Below are positions 26,775-40,454 of a stretch of DNA of 64,000 bases, in pieces. Made by a program: the position numbers and the translations under genes. Source of the stretch: Octopus vulgaris. Taxonomy: Eukaryota. Under the pieces are notes generated by a model. That model saw only the letters and a program-made list of their open reading frames with translations, searched no databases and was not told the origin of the DNA. The stretch is from NCBI GenBank assembly GCA_951406725.2, contig OX597820.1, positions 24,490,001 to 24,554,000 of the forward strand. Direction: 5' to 3'. Position 1 is the first letter of the stretch. Each line of letters begins with the position of its first letter.

Positions 26775-27155
26775 GGCAAAATGCTTTGCAGCATTTCGTC
26801 TGTCTTTATGTTCTGATTTCAAATTCCGCCGAGGTCGACTTTGCTTTTCATCTTTTCGGGGTCGATAAATTAAGTACCAGTTTTGTACTGGGGTCGATGT
26901 AATCGACTTAATCCCTCTGTCTGTCCTTGTTTGTCCCCTCTGTTTAGCCCCCTGTGGGCAATAAAGAAATAAGCATTTCGTGTGTCATTATGTTCTGAGT
27001 TCAAATTCCGCCGAGGTCGACTTTACCATTCATCCTTTCGATATCGATAAAATAAGTATCAGTTGAACTCGGGGTGGGAAGGGGGGCGATGTAATCGACT
27101 TATCCCCTCACCCGAAATTGCTGGCCTTGTGCGAATGCCAAAGTTTGAAATCAAT
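26775..27155 (+). mobile_element. SINE group A dimer
   Basis: Two units with the core gtcgactttgcttttcatcttttcggggtcgataaa. Confidence 0.9.
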
Positions 27156-27732
27156 ATTATCACGCAAATTGATAGAAACAGCATTTAAAATTATTCAAAC
27201 TGTACCGCTATGTTTTAAAAGAAAGTACAGGAAAAAAATACACTGGCTTGTGTGGTCATAATTACACTATATGAATAACAAAAGGGATGGTTGTGGTTGG
27301 AGCGCCACTACCATCGTAGGTCTATTTGATCATTGCCGACCTTTACCTTAAAACAGTCCACTATAGTTACAAGGTCGGCAATTTTAGGAAATAGGATTAG
27401 CCTTTCAAACGGATACTTACTTCATCGACCCCGAAAAGGATAGAAAAAGCAAAATCGACGTCGAAGAAATTTGAACTCAGAAAGTAAATCGGTACTTAAG
27501 GTTGCTAAGCAATTCACTCGATGCTGTTACTATGGTGCCAGCTCGGCGTCTTATCAGCCTTAACATAAATATCAATAACAACAAATGTAAACGAGATAGG
27601 CACAGGTGGAGTGGCAGTCGTCGTAGATCAGCTCGATGAAGAATAGGCTAGGGTTAAGTAACAATACAAAAACAATTACATAACTTCTTCTTATTTTGTT
27701 TGAGTTTTATGTATGAATGAGTGGGTGCATAG

Positions 27733-27766
<34 letters not shown>

Positions 27767-27824
27767 ATTTATTTATATATATATATATGTATATGTGTAT
27801 ATATATCTACATATGTGTGTGTGA

Positions 27825-27880
<56 letters not shown>

Positions 27881-27896
27881 ATCTGCATATGAATAT

Positions 27897-28277
27897 AGGC
27901 GCAGGAGGGGTTGTGTGGTAAGTAGTTTGCTTACGAACCACATGGTTCCGGGTTCATTCCTACTGCGTGGAAACTTGGGCAAGTGTCTACTGCTATAGCT
28001 TCTGACCGACCCTTCTGAGTGGATTTGGTAGACGGAGAAAGAAAGAAGCCTGTCGTATAGATGTATATATATATGTGTGTATATGTGTGTATATGTTTGT
28101 GTGTCTGTGTTTGTACCCCCCACATCGCTTGACAACCGATGGTGGTGTGTTTATGCCCTCGTAACTTAGCGGTTCGGCCAAAGAGACCGATAGAATAAGT
28201 ACTAGGCTTACAAGCAATAAGTCCTGGGGTCGATGTGCTCCAGCATGGCCGCTGTCAAATGACTGAAACCAGTAAAA
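27897..28277 (+). mobile_element. SINE group B, full length with small deletions
   Basis: Head, central TA/GT microsatellite, tail gctccagcatggccgctgtcaaatgactgaaac. Confidence 0.9.
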
Positions 28278-28370
28278 ATATATATATATACATTTACATA
28301 CATACGCAGATAAATATATATATATATACACACACACATATATATATATATATGCAGATATATATACATA

Positions 28371-28476
<106 letters not shown>

Positions 28477-29039
28477 CACACACATACATATACATCCATC
28501 CTTCCATCCATCCGTACACATATTTATATATGCATATATATACACACATACACACAGACACCTACCCGTACACACACATATACACACCTACATAAACACA
28601 CGTACACATCACATGCTCGCTTACGCACACACGCGAAGATATACATACACATGGACGCATGAAAATATATATCAAAACAAACATATCAGTTTATCTTTAT
28701 ATCTATAAAGCTTGGCCTATCTTGTTAAATGCTAGATATCTCATATGAGACATGTACATTATTGGATTATGATGACATCCGCTTGTACGACATGTATTAC
28801 TCTCTCGTACAATGTATAAACAAATCTCCAGTGACAAGCAAGAACATGAACAGAAACTACATCAACCTCAGTTTTTACATCAAAGCACCCGCTACTAGAA
28901 TTTTCTAGTTTAGGATATCTACAAAACAGTATGTATTTGAAGTAGAAAATTTTCCCTCTGCAAGCAGTTTTTGTGGTGCGCTCAGGCGCAAACGTAGGTA
29001 TTTCTGTATGCCATTATTCAGTTTGATTCCAAGATGTTT

Positions 29040-29260
29040 TGCCAATAGAGACGTGAACACACCAGCATCGGTTGTTAAGCGATGTTGGGGGATAAACACA
29101 GACAGACAAGCATATACAAACACACACACACACACACACACACACGTATATATATATACTATGGGCTTCTATCAGTTTCCGTCTACCAAATCCACTCACA
29201 AGTCTTTGGTCTGCCTGAGGCTATAGTAGAAGACACCCAAGGTGCCACGCAGTGGGACTA
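29040..29260 (-). mobile_element. SINE group B, middle part
   Basis: cagtttccgtctaccaaatccactcacaag...caaggtgccacgcagtgggact. Confidence 0.85.
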
Positions 29261-30488
29261 TTTCTGGTTATATTATTTTTAAAAGGGCCGAGTGGTTAGA
29301 GCTACATCGATGCTAGATTGAATTGGATTGACCATGTTCGGTCCACAGCAGAACGAGGGCTTCAAAGAATGACTTGAAATCATACTGGTTTGATTAACCT
29401 ATTCTGTCACACTGGCACTACATGACTTGGCAGAGGGATGCAGTTTTATTTTGTTCGCATGCTGAGGAGTCACATCGATTACATCGATTCCAGTGCTCAG
29501 CTGATACTTATTTTATCGATTCCGAAGGATGAAAAGCAAAGTCGACCTCGGTGGAATTTTGATTCAGAACATAAAGACGGACGAAGCACTGCTAAGCGTT
29601 TCGCACCGCTCGCTAACAAGTGTGTCATCTCGCCACTTTCTACGCATATCGACGCTGGAACTTTGATAAAATATTAGACCTTGGAATACTTGAATTCAGA
29701 TTTATCATCACAGCTCATACGATTGTAATTAATGGTGATAACATGCAACCCATTCTTCTCCAGATCGTACGTAATCTTTTCTTAATCTTAACCACCATCT
29801 ACCCACATCCTAAACATCGTCACCGCATATCCTCACCACTACCTCCCTTCATCGTACCTTACACTCTCTACTTCTATCACTCCTCATAATTTACTCATAA
29901 CCTCCCTCCAGTGTTCCCAGCTTACAAAAGTCAGTAATTTGTTAGGCAAAAATAAATGAATTTAGTTGTGTTAGTGTGTATGAACATGATGACGTAGAAG
30001 ATTAAAGGCATACGCTCACTGTAAACCACTCCACACAGGCATACCCACGTACACACATACTGAAATACTCACATACGCACATACACACTCATCTAAAATG
30101 CCTATACAAATTTAAACATGCATACCCATGCACAACGGAAAACAACAAAAAAATTCTTCACAATTACACGCGCACAAATACATTTTCATGAAAAGACACT
30201 TTCTTACGTACAAATAATTACATGCAACGAACAAGCCATGCGGATTCTCTTTTGTACTCTAATGTCGTTTCTGTGAGTGTCAGGGTTATTTTCTTTCTAC
30301 GGTACCATTCTATCTTGCTCTTCATCTCATCAATATACTCTCCCCGTCCTCCGATGGTTCTTTTCCTCCTTTTCTTTTCACTTTCCTCTTTTTCTTAATT
30401 GCTTAATCATTTTTGTTTCCTCCCGATACAATACTTCTATTTGTATCGCTCCTTACTCCAACCTACCCCCTTCTCTCTCTCTCTCTCT

Positions 30489-30520
<32 letters not shown>

Positions 30521-30573
30521 CATACATAAATAGACAGGTATACATATATAGATATGTTATTTATGTGTATATG

Positions 30574-30623
<50 letters not shown>

Positions 30624-30953
30624 ATCCATTCTCTCCTTCTGTCCCTCCTATTCTTCATTCTTTTTTAATTCTCTTCCTTTCTATCTCCTCTATCTCGTCT
30701 CCTTCTCCTCCTCTTTCTCCCTCTCCTATTCCCCCCACTCTCTCTATCTCTTTCACTCATTCCCCCTTACTCCACTTATCCCCATTCTATTGTTTATGCC
30801 AGTTTAATTAAGTTGGTGTCAGAATTGCTAGAAATAGTTCAATACAATAAAAGATAGAGCTTTTTCTCCTAATCATGGAAACGGTATATCATACATCTGT
30901 GCGTGTGTGTGTATGTGTCTGTGTGTGTGTGTCTGTTTGTGTGTGTATGTGTT

Positions 30954-30986
<33 letters not shown>

Positions 30987-31145
30987 GTGTGTGTTTTTGT
31001 TTGTTTGTGTGTGTTCGTATGTGTGCACCGCATGTATGTCCATGTATTTAAGTGCATGTGTATGTGTTTGTGCGTTTACGTTTTCTGTGTCTGTATGTGT
31101 ATTTGACTTTGTACACACACACACACACACACACACAAATACACG

Positions 31146-31186
<41 letters not shown>

Positions 31187-32424
31187 AGAGGAGGTTTATT
31201 ATTTTGTGTGCATATGTGTATGTTTTATATGTGTATACGTTTTCTATGTCTGCAAGCATTTATGTAATTAATTTGTAGGAATGTACGTTTCGTTTCGTAT
31301 TCATACTTTACATAGATGAGAGTGTGCGCGCCCATGTATCTCTTTATACATGCAAATATCTCTATTTTTCTGTGTGCGCGTATGCAATTCTACATCGATA
31401 TTTCTATGTATTGGTATATGTGTATGTGTGTTTGTGTGTGTGTGCGTTTGTGTATGCATGCATACATATATGTATTATATATGTATATATATGTATTATA
31501 TAAAATATATATATATGTATTATATATATATTATATATATACATATATTATATGTATACATATATATGTATTGCATATTATATATGTATGTATGTAGGTA
31601 TTTTGTATGTATATATGTATGTGCGCGTGCATGTGTGTATTGGTGTGTGTGAGTGTGTGTACTTGTTTGCAACACAAAATTGTGTTACATCTTGATGACT
31701 TTTGTTTATTTCCAATCATATATTATTCATGTATGTTGTTTTTTGGATCATTAATTCTATTTATATCCAGTTTATATTCGATGTACACCAACTATTACTC
31801 CAATTTCACGTGATGTACGAGCGTGTGTATATAGATATGCCTGAGCGTGCATATACAGAAACGCACGTGCGTATGTCTGTGTACGTCTGTGCATTTGTGT
31901 GCGTATATGCGTCTACCTATCAATTTGTCCCTCTACCGTATCCATCAATCGATCAATCAAAGGATGTAATTATGCAGTCATCAAACAATTAGCCAATTAA
32001 TCTCTTTCAATTTTCTCTTAAGTGCTGGGATCGATTTAATCAGTTACCGATCTCTCGACGTGCAATGGGCCTAACGTATTACAGATGTGCCCCCAAACCG
32101 CACAAATGACTACTAAAGCGAATAATTTTAACAGCCGATCCTAGCGGACCGGATCGGCAGACTTAAAACCGAACTCTAATTACATCAATTAGAATCAGAA
32201 CAGCTAAGCTGCAAGGACTACAGGTTACCACCTAAGTAAATACGCTGACATCTGCAAGTCTCCAAGCAGAAATGGAAATCTTATAACAACTGGACGGCGG
32301 ACATCCAAAGCTGAAAGACATCAAAGGATAACGAGAGAGCTGCTACTAAGCAATGCAAGAGAAATGGAGGATTTGATTGGTTGATTGAATTTTCTCTCTT
32401 TCTATACGATCTGTTAATATGGTA

Positions 32425-32507
<83 letters not shown>

Positions 32508-32528
32508 CATCCATCCATCCATCCATCC

Positions 32529-32616
<88 letters not shown>

Positions 32617-32696
32617 GTCTATCTATCTACAATTACATACATACGTATATATACATTATGTATGAGCATTTACGCACTCACTCACTCACTCACTCA

Positions 32697-32731
<35 letters not shown>

Positions 32732-32754
32732 GCACACATTAATTTTGATGTAAT

Positions 32755-32950
32755 GCGGCGAGCTGGCAGAAACGGTAGGATGCCAACATTTCGTCAATCT
32801 TTATGTTCTGAGTTCAAATTCTGCTGAGGTCGACTTTGCCTTTCATCCTTTAGGAGCCGATAAAATGACTACCATTTGAGCAGTGGGGTCTATATAATCG
32901 ATTTACACCCTACTCCAAAATTGCTGATCTTGGACCAAAATTCGGTGTAC
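32755..32950 (+). mobile_element. SINE group A monomer
   Basis: gcggcgagctggcagaaac...gtcgactttgcctttcatcc. Confidence 0.85.
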
Positions 32951-33593
32951 ATTAATATGTATATTGATATTTGTATTTATATATATTTCTGTATTTATAT
33001 AACGTAAAGTATACTAGCCATCTCAATATGGCTAACCATTAAGGGTGGGTGTTTCTGTAGCTTTTAGCCCCAGGAGATCATCGTCTCCAACTGCCTTTAG
33101 GCACACTTTCTGTGCACGTATGGTATTTAGATTTATTATTGTATTTATATAGTTTTATGTATAATTACATATGCAACTATTTACAACTATATAACTATAT
33201 TTATATATATAATGTATGCATTTGTGTGTTTCACAAGTGATGTTGATGTGCTTATGGCCCGGTAACATAGCAGTTCGGCAAAGGAAACCAATAGAATAAT
33301 AACTCAGCTTAGAAAGAATACGTTCTGGGGTTGATTTGTTCGACTAAATACGGTGTTCCAGCATGGTCGCAATCAAATGACTGAAACAAGTAAAATAATA
33401 AAAGAATAATAATGAAATTAGTAACACATGAGAAAGGTTACGAAACGGCTATAGCCTTATGGTAGTCTCTTAGTTAAATAAATAAATATATTCTCAACGC
33501 TCAAACCTCCTAATTTTATGTTTTTATATTAAGAATTATGTGAATGCGTTTGTATGATGTATTTATTTATGCATAGTAATACACATCGCTGCA

Positions 33594-33627
<34 letters not shown>

Positions 33628-34539
33628 CATACATACATACATAGATACGTACATACATATATATATGTACATATACATACATTTATACACACACACACAC
33701 ACACATACACTCACATATGCACCGGTACATACATGCATACATATACGACAATGTAATCATCAACCAATCAAACAGTTAGTCCCTAAATCTCTCGGTTTCG
33801 TTGCTCGATTATCAGTGTCTTAGTCCGCTCGTCTATCTTGAATATCTTTATATCTATCATATGTACTTAATACCAAGCACTATTGTGTTACTTAACTTGC
33901 AGCCGCAACTCTTTCAGAATCGCAAGAGCCAGGTTTGAGCAGAATGCTGTTAAGTGGAAATTTATTCGCATTCTCACGTTTTCATCCTTTTCCTTTAATC
34001 TCCATGCTTTGCTTCATTTTCAGGTATATAAACAGACTAACAGACAGTTAGACAGACAGATGGATAGATCAAAATAGTGATAAAGAAATTTAGATAGACA
34101 GTTATCTATATTCTCTAAGCGACACACACACACATTATGTCATTTACACACACATACACACACACACACAAACACATATTATTAGAAATTCTCACAAGCA
34201 TATGCATACGTACATACACACACTCACATAGTACATACACATACACACACACACAAACAGACACACTGACACACACATACACACAAACACACACACACAA
34301 ACAGACACACGCACATACACATACACACAAACACACACATACAAACACATATTTTTAGAAATTCACACAAGCATATGCATACGTACATGCGCACACACGT
34401 ACATACACACACACACACAGACACACACACAAACACACAGACACAGACACATACACACATAAACAGACACATACACACATATATACATAAACAGACATAT
34501 ATGCATATCTACATGCATATGTGTATTATATCTGTATAG

Positions 34540-34972
34540 CTAGCTGGCAGAATCGTTAGCACGCCGGGCTAAAGGCATAGCGGCATTTCGTCCGTCTTCA
34601 CGTTCTGAGTTCAAATGCCACCGAGGTCTACTTAGCCTTTCATCTTTTCGGGGTCTATAGAATAAGTACCAGAAATACTGGGGGGTCGATGTAATCGACT
34701 TAACCCCTTCCCCGAAATTGCTGGCCTTGTGCCAACATTTGAAACCCTTACTAAGCTGATGTTTAAGGCGGCACGCTAATCGATTGGTTAGCATATCTTC
34801 CCAGCATTTCTTCGGCTCTTTACATCCTCAGTTCAAATTCAGTTGAGGTCAACTCTGACTTTCCTCCTTTTGAGGTCGATAAAATAATTACCTGTCATGC
34901 ACTGGGTGAATGTAATCGACTTCCTTCTCGCTTCAAAAATTGCTGGCCTTGTACCACTATTAGAATGTATTA
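34540..34972 (+). mobile_element. Two tandem SINE group A monomers
   Basis: Two head-plus-core copies, each ending ttgctggccttgt. Confidence 0.85.
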
Positions 34973-35808
34973 TTAAGCCGGTGTTTTGAACCAATTTACA
35001 CGAAATATTGATGGAAGTTTCTAAATTGGATAATTTTGAAACAAGGATTTTCTGTTACAGAACCAAAGGCGTTCTCATTCGGGTTGTATTAGAAAAGGTT
35101 AAAGATTATAATGTTATGATAAACTGCGTGTAAGCCGAAATTACAACAACGGATATAAATAGAAGTATGCGATGTATTTTAAATGGTAGCTGTGAAACAT
35201 AAATTATACGGGTATGAAACGCTTGGGAGCAGCCATTTTGGCCACGCTTATTAGGCGTCAGTGTTTCGACGCTGATTTATTTAACACCGTGAAAATTTTG
35301 TTTTTATTTTAGTTGACAGCAAATTTGTAATCTCATCTACCAATCTAGTTGAATACTAATATGATGGCTGGTGAAATATTGACAAAACATGGAAAAGAAA
35401 GGGACTTTCTCACAATGGAATGAATTCCTCTTCTTATTTGACGAAGTAAGCATACTGATAGTGAATTTAAGTGTTGGAGCTGTGAGCTAAGAAATCTCTG
35501 ATAAAGGAAGATACATTAAGATATTTCTCTCTCTTTCTACATTAAAATGTATTAAATGACCCTGCTCTCTGTCTGTCTGTCTGTCTCTCTCCCTCTTTTT
35601 CTGTGTCTCTTTCTTACTTTCTCTGTATGTGTATAAATCTACGTTTGTGTGTGCATATATATCTGCATACACGTACGTGTGTGTATGCAGATATATATGC
35701 ACACACATACGTACGTATATATATATTTATATATGCGTGTGTAGAAAGAAAATGTGATTAAAATATCCTTGCAGATTTCAATAAATCACTCACTATTAAA
35801 AGACTTTG

Positions 35809-36507
35809 GTGGCTGTGTGGTAAGTTCCTTGCTTAACAACCTGATGGTTCCAGGTTCAGTCCCACTGCGTGGCACCTTGGGTAAGTGTCTTCCACTATAG
35901 CCTCGGGCCGACCAAAGCCTTGTGAGTGGATTTGGTATACTGAAACTGAAAGAAGTATGTTGTATATGTGTGTGTGTGTGTGTAAAAAATTAATTTGTTT
36001 TGCATGGCACAACAATGCTCTATAATAACAACAATGGAGTATAATAACTGTTATAATTTAACTGTTATAAAACAATTCCTTCAGATATCCATAGGAATTG
36101 ATCGATCAATTCCTCGGGGGTATCTGAAGAAAGAATTTTTATATTCCAAATATTATATTAGACTATGGATGATTGAATTATAACAGTTATTATAAGTCCA
36201 TTGTTGCTATTATAGTGCATTGTGCCATTCAAAAAACATTACTTGTTTACAAACAATACACAAATACTTCAAGTGAACTCTACAATACTCTCCTATATAT
36301 ATATATATATATATATATGTTTGTGTGTCTGTGTTTGTCCCTCCACCATCGCTTGAGAACAGATGTTGGTTCGGCAAAAGTGACCGATAGAATAAGTACT
36401 AGGCTTACAAAGAATAAGTCCTGGGATCGATTTCTTCGACCAAAAGGCGGTGCTCAACCATGGCCGCACTCAAATGACTGAGGCAAATAAAAGAACAAAA
36501 GAATAAA
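35809..36507 (+). mobile_element. SINE group B with a palindromic insertion in its central microsatellite
   Basis: 5' half 35809-35960, 3' half 36320-36507, foreign insert ~35985-36293. Confidence 0.85.
35991..36241. repeat. ~250-bp imperfect palindrome with a perfect 22-bp centre
   Basis: Centre aggaattgatcgatcaattcct (36093-36114); arms tataataactgttataatt/aattataacagttattata, atggcacaa/ttgtgccat, cttcagata/tatctgaag. Confidence 0.9.
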
Positions 36508-36967
36508 TGTTCAACAATCAGATACCATTAAATATAATGCTCCTATATTGTTGCGCCATGTTTTTTTAAATGTACCTACGTACTTAGCGTTTATTCCGAG
36601 TTTTGCTAACTATAAATGCTGATCAAATGTTATTGTTATGAATGCAAAATTCAAACAAAATAATACACTCCTCGTAAAATGTGGTTTTGAGTGTATTCCA
36701 TTAAGCCCTTTCAACTCGTTCTTTTGCACATTTTGTCTATGTAAGGGTGTTAAGTGTTAACTAATTTAATGTAAAGAAAATATAGCACAACAGCATAAAT
36801 TGCCTCGCTGTTAAGTAAAAGTATTGAGGAAATAACCCAAGTGTCAGAAATAACAATTCTTTTCTTTTAATTCCACACCCACATGATACAGTTCTATACT
36901 ACTATCGTATCTAAAACCTCCTCCTCATCTCTTTCTATCCGTCTGTCTCTCTGTCTCTGTCTGTCTG

Positions 36968-37044
<77 letters not shown>

Positions 37045-37293
37045 TATTGTTGACTTGAAATGTGTTTTTATGATATAAAAACAATTTTACGTTAAACTGA
37101 AGAGTTTCTCAATACATTACTCGGAGTACAAATTCATTATTCTTTAACAAGAATTGACAGTGACTTCGAAGTTTCGGCCGATGATGCTTTAGCTGGTCGA
37201 AACTTCGCCGCCTCCTCTAACACTATTCTTGCTAAAAAATAATAAGTGTGTGTGTGAGTGTTTGTGCATGCATACACACACACACACACACAC

Positions 37294-37343
<50 letters not shown>

Positions 37344-37398
37344 TATACAAGTGTGTGTGTATGCATGCATGCACAAACACTGACACAGACAGACAGAC

Positions 37399-37480
<82 letters not shown>

Positions 37481-38077
37481 GGTTGCACATCAACATGTTT
37501 CACAAACTTCTGATGAACAATTTCCTCTAACCAGGGCTTTGGTCAGCTCGGGAGCATAGTTGCTGAATGTATCAGTGTTGAGAAGTAGCGTTGATGAAAG
37601 CAAGGCTCCTCCTAAATCACACACCCGCACATAACGTACTTTTAACTATAGGTTAAGACAATCATTTTTGATTAGGAATGTTATAAAGAGGTGGAATGGT
37701 TTCCATTTTCTAATGGAAGTCCATCGTAAATTTATTTTAAATATAATCTCGTTGGCCGTGGAATTGGAGACGTTAATCTTTAAACCGTCTCACATTTCAG
37801 AATACAAATGGTAACTGTATACGAAGAACACGTACATACATACATACATACATACATACATACATACGTAAGTACGTACGTACATACATACATACATACA
37901 TACATACGTACGTAAGTACGTACGTACATACATACATACATACATACATACATACATACGTACGTACGTACGTACATACATACATACATACATACATACA
38001 TACATACATACATACATACATACATACATACGTACGTACATACATGCATACATGCATACATGCATACATATGAAATG

Positions 38078-38472
38078 AATAACATTATCATAGCAGAACA
38101 AGCAGCAGAGATGAAAGGTGTCTGAGCGATTGTTAATCAGCAAAACTGCGATTTCAAAGGCGCGAGAGCGTAGGAGGAACCTAGATTCAAAGTGGCTAGA
38201 CTTTGAAAGCCCTTGACTCTGTTTCCCACTCATGGGTACTAGAAGCCCTTCAACTTGCTAAAGTTTCAGTGAGAATAGTCAAAGCCATAGCTGTTCTGAC
38301 TTCATCGTCGGCACCATCTTGAAATTAACCACAAAGAGCGACTATTATCACAAATAGGATGCAGTATCGCAAAGGCATATTCCAAGCAGTCGTCCTCTCT
38401 GTGATGTTGTTTATACTTTCTGTAAACTCTTTGTCATTCATGTTAAAGAAGTCTGAAGGATATCTCACTGGT
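38078..38472 (+). mobile_element. Decayed R4/Dong-clade non-LTR reverse transcriptase fragment
   Basis: With frameshifts: ERLLISKTAISKARERRRNLDSKWLDFE/LDSVSHSWVLEALQLAKV...YRKGIFQAVVLSVMLFILSVNSLSFML, matching QLLINK, WIDYKKAFDSVPHSWI and GIFQGDSLSPLLF..LNPLS. Confidence 0.8.
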
Positions 38473-38475
38473 TCA

Positions 38476-38830
38476 CTTGGGCAAGTGTCTTCTACTATAG
38501 TCTCGGGCTGACCAAATCCTTGTGAGTGAATTTCGTAGACAGAAACTGAAAGAAGCCTGTCGTATACGTGTGTGTGTGTGTGTGTGCGAGCGCGCGTTTG
38601 TCTGTGTATTTGTGTTTTCACGTCTGTTTGTCCCCCACCATCGCTTGACAACCGGTGTTGTTGTGTTTACGTCCCCATAAATTAGCGGTTCGGCAAAACA
38701 GACCGATATAATATGTATGTAGCATGCTTTAAATAAATAGGACCCGGTATCAATTTGATCGACTAAAACCCTTGAAGGCGGTGCCCCAGTATGACCGCAG
38801 TCAAATGACTGAATGAAACGAGGATAAGAT
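38476..38830 (+). mobile_element. SINE group B, 5'-truncated
   Basis: cttgggcaagtgtcttctactatag...gcagtcaaatgactgaa. Confidence 0.9.
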
Positions 38831-38835
38831 CAGAA

Positions 38836-39078
38836 CACGTGATTACGTGACCGACAAGTCTATCAGATGTCATACATCGCTGGTCACAATGTGTTTTGCT
38901 TTGGTTCAACCATCTGGCTAGGCGAGCAGGCCAACATTCCCCGCCAAAAGAGGTACTGGAGCATCAGGAAATTAAGTGTTTTTCTCAAAAACACAACGTG
39001 CCACCCAGTCAAAGAATCGAACCTACGATCTAATGATCGTGAGTGCAAAGGCCTTACCACTAGGCCACACACCTTCAC
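38836..39078 (-). mobile_element. SINE group C (head H2 + tail T2)
   Basis: Tail matches 11034-11140; head actggagcatcaggaaattaagtgtttttctcaa...ccactaggccacacaccttcac. Confidence 0.8.
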
Positions 39079-39659
39079 AAAAGTAAATAAAAAATAACAA
39101 AGAAACAAAGAAGAGATATTCTAAGTATTTATCTATTTAAGTTCTAATTTAATGCCATTTCTGATTGTATATCAGGAAAATCTGAAAACAAATCCATGTC
39201 ATGCGATGCCGCCTCATATGCATAGGCAGAAATTCGCCATTTTACAGAGTAAAATCTCTTAATATTTCCAACAGATAGTAGCTAACAACTACCAAAGATG
39301 GACAATTCGCACTAGTTTAAATTATGATTGGAAATCGATCTGATTTTGACGTATATCTGTTGTGATCGTGCCAAGAAGTTTGATGTGCCAAAAGAAATTA
39401 TGTTCGATGACAATTTTACGTTTTTGCCTTCTCTCTCTCCCTCCCCCCTCTCTCTCTGTCTCGATATATGTATGTATGCGTATGTATACAACACACTTAT
39501 ATACTTGTATATATATATATATATATATATATGTACCAACAACATTTACATGTGTATGTATATGTATATACACGTATACATACATACATACATACACACA
39601 CACATACATACACACATGCACATGTATAGATGTATGTGTATGTATGTATATATATATGA

Positions 39660-39709
<50 letters not shown>

Positions 39710-39945
39710 GTATACTTATATATATATGAATATGTATATATATATATAGAGAGAGAGAGATAGATAGATGTATGCATGTATGTATGTATGTATATCGGTG
39801 TGCTTTGCATAGTTTGTTGCTACGATATAAATAATTGCATTTATATATTCTTATATCTGTATGTTCCACAGGTTATGTACATTACTAATGCAAATAACGA
39901 CAAACGCCCGAGAGAAAGTCAGAAACATTTGCTGTTAATGCACAG

Positions 39946-40028
<83 letters not shown>

Positions 40029-40454
40029 AACACACACACACACAAGCACACACACGCACGCACACGTATATATTATACATACACGCGCCTACACATTTAT
40101 TATACGTGAGATCAGATCAAAAATAATCTGCTAATGTTAATCACGTAACCCAGTACTTCTTGCATCACAGTCAGGTCGTCTGAGACTAAACTAAACAACA
40201 TCAATCTAAATTTTGTGCTTTCTCACCCTTTTGTATCTCAACGTCACCTTTGTTGGCAAAATGGCGTATTTCAAACGAACGCTCTCTTTCATGTTATGCA
40301 AAGAAATAAGAGAAAATGGATAAACAAAAATGGCGGAGGTTATTTTAATCAAACAAAAACGTAATTTTGCATTGTGGTTTATTGTCCCTAATTTTTTTAA
40401 ATATTTATTTATGTAGAACCCCTTCCTAGTATTCTGTTATTATTTTGTATTTTT

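Noticed and set aside
32134-32158. GC-rich 8-bp hairpin gccgatcc/ggatcggc
   Set aside because: Isolated, no U tract, eukaryotic context; surrounding sequence only faintly RTE-like.
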